DNA from: Somniosus microcephalus
Taxonomy: Eukaryota
Length of the DNA stretch: 64,000 bases
Direction: 5' to 3'
NCBI GenBank assembly: GCA_052327205.1
Contig: CM126205.1
Span: 241,862,001-241,926,000, forward strand
In this document: in pieces, positions 40,510 to 52,400 of the stretch
How positions within the stretch are numbered: position 1 is the stretch's first letter
Layout: each line of letters begins with the position of its first letter
The notes under the pieces: model-generated
Told to the model about the DNA's origin: nothing
What the model saw: the letters and a program-made list of their open reading frames with translations, nothing else
Database searches by the model: none
Program-made: the position numbers and the translations under genes

Positions 40510-40815
40510 TATAGTTCCAGGGCTAACTGGTTACTTTCCAGTGCTTTACCCAATTGGTCATTATTTATATGTGTGCTTTGACAACAAGTGCCACAGGCTA
40601 TTTGACTGTGGAGACCCTCAACCTCATCCTCACCAAGCATACACACATGTACAACTCCATCAGTCGTTGGATAACAATCAAGAAGTGGATTCCTGGCCGA
40701 CTTTCCCCTCCTTAGCCCAAGAGTGCTGAGGCTAAATGCAATGCCCCACTGCAAACTTAACTAAGATCAACTAACTTAACACAAACCAGGGATCAAATCT
40801 TGACTTTTCTAGTTG
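40510..40815 (-). mobile_element. Degenerate SINE-like repeat (unclassified)
   Basis: Minus strand has a B-box-like gatttgatccctgg followed by a body resembling a common elasmobranch repeat; recognised from memory only. Confidence 0.45.
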
Positions 40816-40908
40816 CCTCAGGTGCTCACTATCTTGTTTAACTTTATTTTAATTATACTACTTACATTAAAAATTTGTATAGTTAATTCTATTTATTATA
40901 TTCTCTAG

Positions 40909-41211
40909 ATCCACCTGGCAAACCACAGAATCCAAGAGTTACAGACACAACAAGAACATCTGTATCCATTGCTTGGAGTCCACCAGAAGAGGAAGGAGGT
41001 TCCAAGGTCACAGGCTACCTTATTGAGATGCAGAAAGTTGACCAGTATGAATGGACCAAGTGCAATACTACTCCAACAAAGATCTGCGAATACACCCTGA
41101 CTCACATGCCACAGGGAGCTGAATACAGGTTCCATGTTATAGCAGCTAATGCTGGTGGTCTTGGTGAGCCTGCTGATGTGCCAGGAACCGTTAAAGTCAC
41201 TGAAATGTTAG
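40909..41211 (+). CDS. TTN: TTN exon ~351 (303 nt), Fn3
   Basis: tctag|ATCCACC ... TTAG|gtaaga. Confidence 0.95.
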
Positions 41212-41559
41212 GTAAGAAATGTTGACATTGTTACATTTTGTGTCATGTTATGCCCAATTTTAAGCTCTGTTACGACCCATTAATTAACATAATTGTGATG
41301 TAAAAGAGTGGGAATATTGATGGAGATCAGTGGTGTTCAGTGACTTCCTATAAAGTGCATGATGTACATTTCTAGTCGGGTTTCTGTCAGGCTGAGGAAG
41401 TACCCACCAGAAACTGAATGAAGCTTTAGTACAGTATGATAATATAAAGCTATTTTGAGGCCTTTGCATTGGGAAGACGGTGCCATTACCTTCCCAACTG
41501 CTTATGTAGGCAAAGCCATCTTATCTGGACTTGTGTGAGCCAAAGTCCAGCAGGGAAGC

Positions 41560-43175
41560 TATGACAGAGGGTGGAAGATGGGAGACCGGCCAGCAGAGCA
41601 TTGGAATAGTCAAGTCTAGAGGTAACAAATGCATGGATGAGTGTTTCAGCAGCAAATGGGCTGAGATAGGGGCTGAGATGGGTGATAATTAGAGGTGGAA
41701 GTAGATGGAGAGGATATGGGGTCGGAAGCCCAGCTCAGAGTCAGATAGGACACTGAGGTTATGAATAGTCAAGTTCAGCCTGAGACAGTGACCAGGCGAG
41801 GGATGGAATCGATGGCTAGGGAACGGAGTTTGTAGCGGGGGGCCAAAGATAATACTTCATCTTCCCAATATTTAATTGGAGAAAATTTCGGCTCATCCAG
41901 GATTGGATGCCAGACAATCAGTCTGATTACACAGAGGCAGTGGAGAGATTGAGAGAAGTGGCAGTAAGGTAGAGCTGGGTGTCGGCAGCGTACATGTGGA
42001 AACTTGCGTTGTATTTCTGGATGATGTCACCAAGGAGCAGGATGTAGATGAGAAAAAGAATAAATCCTTAGGAGACTCCAGAGGTAACGATGCGGGAGTG
42101 GGAAGAGAAGCAATTGCAGGAGATTCTCTGGCTACGACTGGATAGGTAGGAATGGAACCAGGCAAGGGCTGTCCCACTCAGCTAGACAACAGAGGAGAGG
42201 AGTTGGAGGAGGATAGCATGGTCAACCATGTCAAAGGCTACAGACAGGTCAAGAAGGATGAGGAGGGAAAGGGTTCCATGATCACAGTCACATAGGATCT
42301 CATTTGTGACTTTGATTAGGGCCGTTTCAGTGCTGTGGCAGGGCAGAAACCTGATTGGAGAGGTACAAATATGGAGTTACAGTAAAGATGGACATGGATA
42401 TGGGAGGTGACAATGTGTTCAAAGACTTTGGAGATGAAAGGGATGTTGGAGATGAAAGGGAGGTTGGAGATGGGGCGGTAGTTTGCAAGGACAGAAGGTA
42501 TTTTGAAGAGAGGGGATTATGGCAGCAAATTTGAAAGGGAGGGCAACAGTACCTGAAGAGAGGTAACCATTTGCAATATCAGCTAGCATGGAGGCCAGAA
42601 AGGGAAGTTGTGTGTCAGCAGCTTGGTGCGAATAGGGTCGAGAGATCAGGAGGTGGATCTCATGGGCAAGATAAGCTCAGAGAGGGCATGAGGGGAGATA
42701 GGTAAGAAACTAGAGAAATATGCAGGTTCAGGCTAGGGCAGGGGGGAAACCTTGGGGGAAGTTTGTCTTAGGGGAAGATATCGAAGCAGCAAAGGCAGCT
42801 GAATAGATGATCTCAATCATCGTGACAAAGAAGTCCATGGGCTCCTCGCATTTGTTGTTGGGGGTGAGGGTGGAGGGGAGCACAGAGAGGGGTTTAAAGA
42901 GCTGGTTTGTAGTGGAGAAAAAAAGCAGGAGGATATCTTTGCATTCCAGGGTGATCCTGGAGTATTGAGCGGTTTTGGCAAAGGAGAGCAGGACCCGATA
43001 GTGCTTGATGTGGTCCAGTCAGATCTAGCGATGAATGGCTAAACAAGTTGTGTGGCATAAACGTTCAAATTTGCATCCCTGGGACGTAAGGGAGTGAAGA
43101 TGGGGGCAGTATCAAGGGAAACGGCCAGGGTGGGAGAGAGTAAGGGTTTTACTGCAGACAAAGGCATCAGAGGTC
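41560..43175 (-). mobile_element. L2-clade LINE ORF2 (RT) fragment, degenerate
   Basis: Minus strand reads FHMYAADTQLYL (decayed YADD) near 41965-42003; purine-rich + strand typical of antisense L2. Confidence 0.82.
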
Positions 43176-43632
43176 TGTTGCTGAACCCCCTTTATCAAGA
43201 TCATTCACCAAGTTCTCATTGAGAAGACCTTCTAATTTCTATGTCCACCCATTGCACAAACAGTCCTCCCTACATATTCACCATTCCCTCAACAAATACA
43301 CCAATATTGACTTCATCTTTGTCTGAACTGCTAAAGATACCATTCCTGTCAGCTGACAAAAACAAGTTGTGGAGGCATACAACTTCAGTGCAAGCAGATT
43401 TTATTATCCTAAGTGTGAGTTGTGTATATTACTATTGTTTGGCATTCCACTTGCATCCCCTTAATTGAGAGCTGAAATTGTCAGAAGGACATACATCATG
43501 TAACAGCATTCAGCCCATAGTGGGTGTGATTTTATAACCATGCATCATACTGGTACAGTAAAACAATGGATTTGTTACGGGGATGCAAGGGAAGGACCAT
43601 TTAGAGGGGGAGGATGCTGCTGCAAAGACTGT

Positions 43633-45414
43633 GGCCATGATTTTGCTGACCTTGGCAGGACCGTGGCAGGCGACGTCGGTGGTGGGTCCCGACCCCACTG
43701 CTGTCTCCATCCCGGCCTCTGAAATGAATTTCCCTAGAGTGGGCTTGTTAAGCCCACCCAGTGCGTTTCATGGCCAATTAGAGGAATCGGGTCTGGTGAC
43801 GTCATTTGATGACGCGTCATCAGCCAGTTTCCTTAAAGGGACCATGGCCAGCTTTATTTTGACATTTGTGCTGTCTGTGTTCTACAGCATTGAGATGCTG
43901 AAAACACTGACAATGACCGCACAGATGCACAGGGCTGCACCCAGGCTCTCCCATGGAGGGAGTCACAGCATGCAGGGAGGTTCTCTTCCCTTCCCACGGG
44001 CGGTAGAGACCTCCCCAGGAGATCAACACAGCCTGGTTCCACATTACACAGGAGGACACAAGCAGGGATGTGCTCAGGAGGACCTGGGTGCAGTGCCACA
44101 AACGTTTCAATGATCTCAGTAGATCACGAAACGTTAGTACAAAGCCACACTCAACCTCATCCTGCTGTGCCTCTCATCACATCCCCATCACTCTGCCTTC
44201 CCTACCCTTCTCCTGCACATCCTTACTCACACCAACTTACCTTGGACCTCCATCCATCCCTCTCTCTATCTATGTTATCACATCCTCATCTCACTCGCCA
44301 CCCCTCCCACTCACCCTCATCCTAGTGCAATCAAACAACACACAAGGGCAGGCACTTGGGTTTTTTATGCAATGTCCATGTAAAGTTTCTGTTAATGTGG
44401 TGTCAAACATTGAAACCTTTATTTTCAACACTTTGCGTTCTTGGACAGATTTGTGTGCACCTTTGGAAGTGGCTTAGTGAGTTGCAATGAATGGTGAGAC
44501 ATAACGGTACCCCCCGCAATATAGATGAGTGTGAAAGGAATGGCTTGGGCATTGTAGGGATGCTTTATGGTGTTGGTGTGGGGTGGTGGCAACCTGGCAC
44601 ATCATGTGGCAGCCATGATGTACAGCGTCAAGTGAAGTAAATCTGGCCATGCTGAGGCCATCACTGGCCTCCCGGACAGCAATGTGGGCGGGTGCTGATG
44701 CCCTCTGTCCTGTGCAGCATCAGTTGATTGCAGAGAAGATTGGTGTTGTTGTTGGTGCTGCTCATGTGCCTGGTGCTGCTGGTGTTAGGGCTGATTGTGG
44801 TGGGATTCTGAGGACCAAGGTGTGAGAGTATAAAGGGCATCCATGCTGATGGAATAGAAGGCAGGTGAAGTAGAGATGACAGAAGCAATCTGTCAATGGT
44901 GAGAGAGGTAATGAGGTCAGACTGGATGGAGACTTGTGTAAAGACTTGCAGCAAGGTGAATCTGTTGTGAAAATGCAGTGAGGAATAGCTTGTGGCTGAG
45001 GGGAGATATCTCTGTAAGGTGGGAGCTTTTACTGTACATTTGAAGCTGTCAACTCAACAGCTGATTCAGTGGCCACTGACCTCCCGCCTCAGCTTGACAG
45101 ACGTGGTCCACGACCAGCGTGGACCCCTTGGGCGAGCTGTCACATGCAGAAGGTGAGCTGAAATTCATTCTTAAGTGGCTCTAAACAAGCCACTAATTAT
45201 CTGAATTGGGTCCCCCACTGTGAACCCGCCACTGCATGCTGGGTCTGCTCAGCGCTGACAGACCCGACATCGGGGAAAGGCGCATGGCGGCAGGTTCACA
45301 GTGGGGTCCCGACCCGCTGGGGAAAAAAACACTTTCCCACCTGACCCACCACCAATCGCGCCCGCTGACGCCGTCCCCCACCTCCTCCCCCCCCACCCCC
45401 GTAAAATCTAGCCT
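43633..45414 (+). mobile_element. Harbinger-derived element with decayed Myb/SANT-like (trihelix) ORF
   Basis: Imperfect TIRs ggccatgattttgc / gtaaaatctagcct, TGT on both flanks; peptides HRAAPRLSH and LRRTWVQCHKRFNDL; second copy at 58221-59353. Confidence 0.75.
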
Positions 45415-45895
45415 TGTGTTGGGGGAGGTAACTTTAGGTACCCTGCATGGTTAGTACACATATTAATATAAAATTATGGTCACTGAACTTCGTATGGCAC
45501 TGTAGCCAAGTCTGTTGAATGTATAGTACATTTGTCAGCCATCCAAAACCGCCAACCATCAATCTACAAAAGAACCTCCATCCTATGAAGCACTTGATCT
45601 CTATTACCTCATCAGAAAATCAGGGCACCCAATTGCTGGAATGACTTTAAATGTCATTTCTCATTCATCAGTGATTGAGCTCTCAATGATGAAAGTAGAG
45701 GTGAGGCCAGTACATTTACAGTCAGGCACACACTAATGAAGCACTGCCCAATTCATGCCTGAATGGGCCCAAGTTGAAAATTGGAGCTATTATCTTCCGT
45801 TCTGACTTTTTTATGATATAAGTAAACTGAGTTGTGGGACGACACTACTATATTATTTGTGTTTTTTATTAAAGTTGGATTTCTTTTTTCCCCAG

Positions 45896-46480
45896 AATAT
45901 CCTGATTACGAACTTGACGAAAAATACCTTGAAGGTCTGATTGTAAGACAAGGTGGAGTCATCAAGCTAACAGTGCCCATAAAAGGCAAACCTATTCCCA
46001 TCTGCAAATGGACAAAGGAAGGCCGTGATATCAGCATGCGCGCAATGATTGCAACTTCTGAGACCCACACTGAACTTGTGATAAAGGAATCCGTCAGAGA
46101 AGATTCAGGCACTTATGACCTGATTCTTGAAAACAAATCTGGTAAAAAGTCAGCATACATTAAGGTGAAGGTGATTGGCAATCCAGATCCTCCACAAGGA
46201 CCACTTGAATTTGATGACATTCAAGCTCGTTCTGTCAGAGTAAGTTGGAGACCTACTGCTGATGATGGTGGATCTGATATAATTGGGTATATTGTTGAGA
46301 GACGTGAGGTACCCAAAACTGCCTGGTACACTGTTGATTCCAGAGTAAAGGAGAGTTCCATTGTTGTTAAAGGCCTGAAGGAAAAGGTGGAATACCACTT
46401 CCGTGTTTCTGCTGAAAATCAGTTTGGCATTAGCAAACCTCTAAAATCAGAAGAGCCAGTTGTACCAAAGACACCACTCA
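45896..46480 (+). CDS. TTN: TTN exon ~352 (585 nt), Ig+Fn3
   Basis: cccag|AATATCC ... CTCA|gtaagt. Confidence 0.95.
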
Positions 46481-46591
46481 GTAAGTATAACATTGTCCAG
46501 TGTAGCCTTAAGTAAAGATTGTGTTATCTTATCCTTTGGATTTAGTTGTTTTTTTTTGCATACAGTAGCTAATTCATTACTGTCATTCCAG

Positions 46592-46897
46592 ATCCACCAG
46601 AGCCTCCAAGCAATCCACCAGAAATACTGGATGTCACCAAGAGTTCTGTTTGCCTGTGCTGGTCAAGGCCAAGGGATGATGGTGGATCGCGTGTCACTGG
46701 CTATTTTATTGATCGCAAAGAGTCTACTACAGATAAATGGGTGCGACAAAACAAGACCCATATTACCACAACAATGTATACTGTTCCTGGACTTGTTCCA
46801 GATGCTGAGTATCAGTTCCGTATTATGGCACAGAATGACATAGGTCTTAGTGATCCAAGCCCACCATCAGATGCTGTCCAATGCAAGGATCCTTTTG
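46592..46897 (+). CDS. TTN: TTN exon ~353 (306 nt), Fn3
   Basis: tccag|ATCCACC ... TTTG|gtatgt. Confidence 0.95.
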
Positions 46898-47050
46898 GTA
46901 TGTTTTACTTAAATCTATATAAAATCCATTATATGAATATGCAATGTATAAATATGAGATTTCAAATATAGTGCAATTACTGTATCTTAATGAGGTGCCT
47001 CATGATCATTATATTAAAGTTAATATAATTCTAAAAAATATTTTTCACAG

Positions 47051-47350
47051 ATAAACCAAGCCAACCTGGCGAGATTGAGATTACTTCTGTCATGAAGGAT
47101 AGCATCACTTTAGAGTGGGAACGTCCTGAATGTGATGGTGGCAAGGACATTATTGGTTACTGGGTTGAGTATCGTCAGTCTGGTGATAGTGCATGGAAGA
47201 AATGTAACAATGAACGAATAAAAGACAGACAGTTTACACAAGGTGGCCTTCTGGAAGCCACAGAATATGAATTCAGAATCTTTGCAGAGAATGAAACTGG
47301 AGTCAGCAGGCCTCGTAGAACTGTTATGGCAATCAAGACTAAATTGACTT
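47051..47350 (+). CDS. TTN: TTN exon ~354 (300 nt), Fn3
   Basis: cacag|ATAAACC ... ACTT|gtatgt. Confidence 0.94.
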
Positions 47351-47441
47351 GTATGTATTTTTATTTATGTTTTAATTTAAATTCATATGCTTTTTGTGTT
47401 GTTAGAAATGACTCCTGCTCATACTTTTTTCTTACCAACAG

Positions 47442-48017
47442 CTGGAGAAGAACCAAGTGTTAGACAAGAAATTACTGAAGTTATTGCTAAGCTAGGTGAG
47501 CCAGCCAAACTGGCTTGCCAGATTATTGGTAGACCACTTCCTGAAATCAGGTGGTACCATTATGGAAAAGAATTACAACAAAGCCGCAAGTACAAAATGA
47601 GTTCAGATGGACGTAACCATTCAGTTACCATTGTAACAGAAGATCAGGATGATGAAGGCTTGTATACATGCAAGGCTACTAATGATGCTGGAGAAACTGA
47701 GGTCAGTGGTAAAGTATTGCTAGAGGCTACTCCACAATTCCACCCTGGGTTCCCAATAAAAGAAACATATGTCATAGGCGTTGGTACAAGTCTTCGCATC
47801 CATGTTGTATACATTGGGCGCCCTGTGCCTACTATTCGCTGGTTCCATGGAAAGAAACCCTTGACAGATTCAGATAATGTTTCAATAGAAAACACAGAGC
47901 ACTATACTCACCTTGTAGTGAGAAATATCCAACGGAAGAGCCATGCTGGAAAATATAAAGTGCAGCTTAGCAATACGTTTGGAACAATTGATACAACATT
48001 TAACGTAGAAATCCAAG
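47442..48017 (+). CDS. TTN: TTN exon ~355 (576 nt), Ig-Ig (P-zone)
   Basis: aacag|CTGGAGA ... CAAG|gtaatc. Confidence 0.95.
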
Positions 48018-48123
48018 GTAATCGAATTTAATTTTGCACATGCGTTTGATTAGTTTTATTGTAATTATTTCTAGATATTTTCACTCAAACAATATATCTA
48101 ATACCATCTACATTTACATATAG

Positions 48124-48429
48124 ATAAGCCAGCTATGCCTGAAGGACCAATAGTAATTGATGCTTTGCTGAAGAATTCTGCAGTAATCAGTTGGAAAACA
48201 CCACTTGATGACGGAGGTGCTTTGATTACCAACTACATTGTAGAAAAACATGAAGCCAAGGAAGGTGAACAATGGCGTCTAGTATCATCCGCTATTGCAA
48301 GCACATCTTGTAGAATTGTAAATCTCATTGACAGTGCTGGTTACTACTTCCGTGTTTCTGCTCAAAATCAGTTTGGTGTCAGTGAGCCATTGGAAGTTTC
48401 CTCTGTTGTCATCATCAAGAGTCCATTTG
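48124..48429 (+). CDS. TTN: TTN exon ~356 (306 nt), Fn3
   Basis: catag|ATAAGCC ... TTTG|gtaagt. Confidence 0.95.
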
Positions 48430-48516
48430 GTAAGTATCTACATAAATGAAGTTGTTACTTGTCTACAATCTTGTTATATTTTCAATTATAATGTATATAC
48501 TTCTTTCTCCTTATAG

Positions 48517-49110
48517 AGAAACCTGGGAAGCCACCCACGCCTGTTGTAGCTGCGGTCACAAAGGACTCTTGTGTGGTTTCATGGAAACCACCTGCCAGTG
48601 ATGGTGGTGCGAAGATTAGAAACTATTACCTTGAAAAACGAGAGAAGAAGCAGAATAAATGGATTGCTGCAACATCTGATGAAATACATGAAACAGTTTA
48701 CACTGTGAAAGGCCTTATTGAGGGCTTGGAGTATGAGTTCCGTGTCAAATGTGAAAACCTTGGTGGTGAGAGTGAATGGAGTGAATTATCTGATCCTGTT
48801 GTTCCAATGTGTGATGTACCTATCAAGGCACCACAGTTTAAAGAAGAAATACGCAACTTGAGTGTGAAGTATAAGGGCAATGCCACTTTTGTTTGCAAGA
48901 TTACTGGTCATCCTAAACCTGTTGTGAAATGGTTTAAACAGGGAAAAGAAATTGAGCCTGATGGTGAAAAGATAAAGGTCCAGGAATTTAAGGGAGGCTA
49001 CCACCAGTTGGTAATTACTAGTGCCACAGGAGAAGATGCGACTGTTTATCAAGTCAGAGCAATCAATCAAGGAGGTTCCATTTCATCATCAGTCTCTTTG
49101 GATGTTGACG
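48517..49110 (+). CDS. TTN: TTN exon ~357 (594 nt), Fn3 + Ig A168
   Basis: tatag|AGAAACC ... GACG|gtgtgt; APQFKEEIRNL...GHPKP matches A168. Confidence 0.94.
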
Positions 49111-49144
49111 GTGTGTATCATACAGAAATTACTTAAACGTTGTA

Positions 49145-49352
49145 TAATAGTGGATGTAATTGATCTTGCGGGTAGTGCAAAATGGACGATAGCAAATCAG
49201 CAGCCCGTTTTACGAGCCACCCAATTTTCTTTTTCATCGATTTACTTTTTCATTGAAGTCAATGGAAAAAAATCGGGTGAGGTATAAAATGGGCTGCCGA
49301 ATCGCTATCGTCCGTTTTGCACTACCACCCAAGACCAACTTCACCCCCATTA
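49145..49352. mobile_element. Palindromic MITE (~208 bp fold-back)
   Basis: Arms are reverse complements (ggtagtgcaaaatggacgatagc / gctatcgtccgttttgcactacc; gcagcccgtttta / taaaatgggctgc) with near-central cattgaagtcaatg. Confidence 0.85.
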
Positions 49353-49412
49353 AGTTCACTGTTTTACATTATTTATTTTTAAAACTAAATTTGTTATTCT
49401 TTTTGTTTCTAG

Positions 49413-52400
49413 TTCCTGCCAAAATTCATCTACCCAAACATCTGGAAGGCATGGGTGCAGTTCATGCTCTCCGTGGTGAAATAATAAGCATTAAAATTCC
49501 TTTCTGTGGCAGACCGGATCCTGTAATCACATGGCAGAAGGGGCAAGATCTTATTGATAATAACGGTCACTACCAAGTAATTGTGACCAGATCATTTACA
49601 TCACTTGTGTTCCCTAATGGAGTTGACAGGAAAGATGCTGGTTTCTATGTTGTATGTGCCAAGAACAGATTTGGCATAGATCAACAAACAGTGGAACTGG
49701 ATGTGGCTGATGTGCCTGACATGCCAAGAGGAATTCAAGTCAGTGACATTACACGTGATTCTGTTGTTTTAACATGGAATCCTCCAGCTAATGATGGTGG
49801 AAGCAGAGTAATTAACTATGTTATTGAGAAATGTGCAACAACAGCAGAGATGTGGATACGTGTTGCACAGTCACGTGATACGCATTACACTATTGTGAAC
49901 CTCTTCGGCAAGACTAGCTACCAGTTCCGTGTGATTGCTGAGAACAAGTTTGGCCAGAGCCAGCCGTCAGAGCCAACTGATCCTATAGTCACAAAAGAAG
50001 ATAAGACAAGAGTTCTGAACTATGATGAAGAGGTTGATGAATCGATGGAGATTACCAAATGCAAAGCTACTCATTCTAAAATTAAAGAACTTCACAGTCG
50101 ATACACAATTGCTGAAGAGCTGGGACGTGGACAGTTTAGTATTGTTCATCGTTGTATTGAAAATATCAGTAAGAAGACATACATGGCGAAGTTTGTTAAA
50201 ATAAAGGGTGCTGATCAGGTGCTGGTGAAGAAAGAGATTGACATTCTCAATGTTGCTAGGCACAGGAATATCCTTTGGCTACACGAATCATTTGAGAGCC
50301 TTGAAGAATTAGTCATGATCTTTGAGTTCATTTCGGGCCTTGATATCTTTGAGCGCATTAATACAACTAACTTTGAGCTGAATGAAAGGGAAATTATCAT
50401 CTACACTCGCCAGATCTGTGAAGCACTTGAGTTTCTACACAGTCAGAATATAGGCCATTTTGATATCAGACCAGAGAATATAATCTACAGCACAAGAAAG
50501 AGCTCTGTTCTTAAGATTATTGAATTTGGGCAGGCCAGACAACTCAAACCTGGTGACAATATTAGAATCCAGTTCACTGCTGCAGAGTATGGCGCACCTG
50601 AATTGCATCAGCATGATATGGTCAATGCAGCTACCGATATGTGGTCAGTAGGTGCACTTGTGTATGTACTTCTTAGCGGTCTGAATCCATTTGTCGCTGA
50701 AACAAACCAACAGATTATTGAAAACATTATTCAAGCAGAATACAGCTTTGAGGATGAAGCTTTCCAAGATGTCACCACTGAAGCTCTAGACTTCATTGAC
50801 CGCCTTTTGGTCAAAGAAAGGAAGGCTCGGATGACAGCTGCTGATGCTCTTGAACATCCTTGGTTGAAACAGAAGACAGAAAAAATGAGCACCAAAGTGA
50901 TTAAGACTTTGAGACACAGAAGATACTATCAGACCATAGTCAAGAAAGAATTGAATGTTGTTGTTTCTGTTGCTCGAATTTCTTCTGGTGGAGCTGTTAG
51001 AACGCAAAGAGGAGTTACAGTTGCTAAAGTTAAGATATCTCCAATTGAAATTGGTCCACTTACTGGACAAATTATGCATGCTTCTGCTGAAGAAGGTGGC
51101 CATGTTAAATATTCCTGCAAGATAGAAAATTATGATCAATCTACCCAAGTAACTTGGTACTTTGGTGTCAGGCAACTGGAATGCAGTGACAAATATGAAA
51201 TTAACTACCAGGATGGTTTGGCAACAATGTATGTTAAAGACATAAATAAGACAGATGATGGTACTTACAGATGCAAAGTAGTAAATGACTATGGTGAAGA
51301 TAGCTCCTACGTAGAACTGTTTGTGAGTGGTGTCAGAGAAATTCGTAAATTCTATATGGAACGTACTGTAAAGAAAGTAAAACGTAAAGTGGATGCTATG
51401 AGGCTACTTGAGAGGCCACCAGAGTTTACTTTGCCTTTGTACAAGCGTTCTGCATATATTGGAGAAGATGTCAGATTTGGTGTTACTATAACAGTTCACC
51501 CTGAACCCCGAGTAACTTGGTTGAAATCTGGACAGAAGATCAAACCTGGTGAAGATGAGAAAAAATATACTTTTATGTCTGACAAAGGCCTCTATCAACT
51601 GATCATCCACAACCTAACAACCGATGATGATGCTGAGTACACAGTACTAGCTCGCAATAAATATGGTGAGGACAGCTGCAAAGCCAAATTAACAGTATTA
51701 CCTCACCCACCTGCAGCAGACAGCACTTTAAGACCAATGTTTAAGCGTTTGTTGGCAAATGCAGAATGCGTGGAAGGCCAAAGCATTCGTTTCGAATGTC
51801 GGGTGTCTGGCACACTGCCATCTGCACTGAAATGGGAGAAAGATGGACAGGCTTTGGCATTCAGTCCAAATATTGAATTTGTCCATGAAGGTCTAGACTA
51901 CTATGTTTTGCACATAAGGGATACTTTTCCAGAGGATTCTGGCATCTACAGAATCACTGCTACCAACAGTGCTGGATCTGCGAGCTGCCAAGCCTATCTA
52001 AAAGTTGAACGCATGACCTACGTCAAGCGTCGGTACAAGAGTGAGGAGGAACGGCAACAACATGTTCAGAAACAAATTGACAAAACAATCAGAATGGCTG
52101 AAATTCTTGCAAATGTTGAAGCAGTTCCACTGACAGCAGTGGCAAAGGAAGCTCTGCGAGAAGCTGCAATAATGTACAAACCAGCTATCAGCACCAAGAA
52201 TGTAAAAGGTGAATATGAAATTTCAAAGGTAGAAAAGAAAAAGGAAGAAAAGAGACTTCGTATGCCTTATGATATTCCAGAACCCCGTGTGCACGCAGCA
52301 AATGCAATTGAAGAGAATCAAGATATCAAACAGTTTGTGCCTTTGTCTGACATGAAGTGGTACAGGAAACTGCGAGACCATTATGAAATGCCAGCACCAA

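Noticed and set aside
43583-44477. 176-aa and 135-aa ORFs as a nested host gene or domesticated MSANTD gene
   Set aside because: Frameshifted and deleted relative to the second copy and bounded by TIRs, so a decayed transposon
45560-45790. Weak palindromic patch (ttcatca...tgatgaa)
   Set aside because: Too short and degenerate to distinguish from chance
49253-49412. N-terminal extension of the 2018-aa ORF (MKSMEKNRV...) as a possible internal start for a kinase-only isoform
   Set aside because: It is the MITE right arm plus the polypyrimidine tract read in frame by chance; a canonical acceptor lies at 49411-49412
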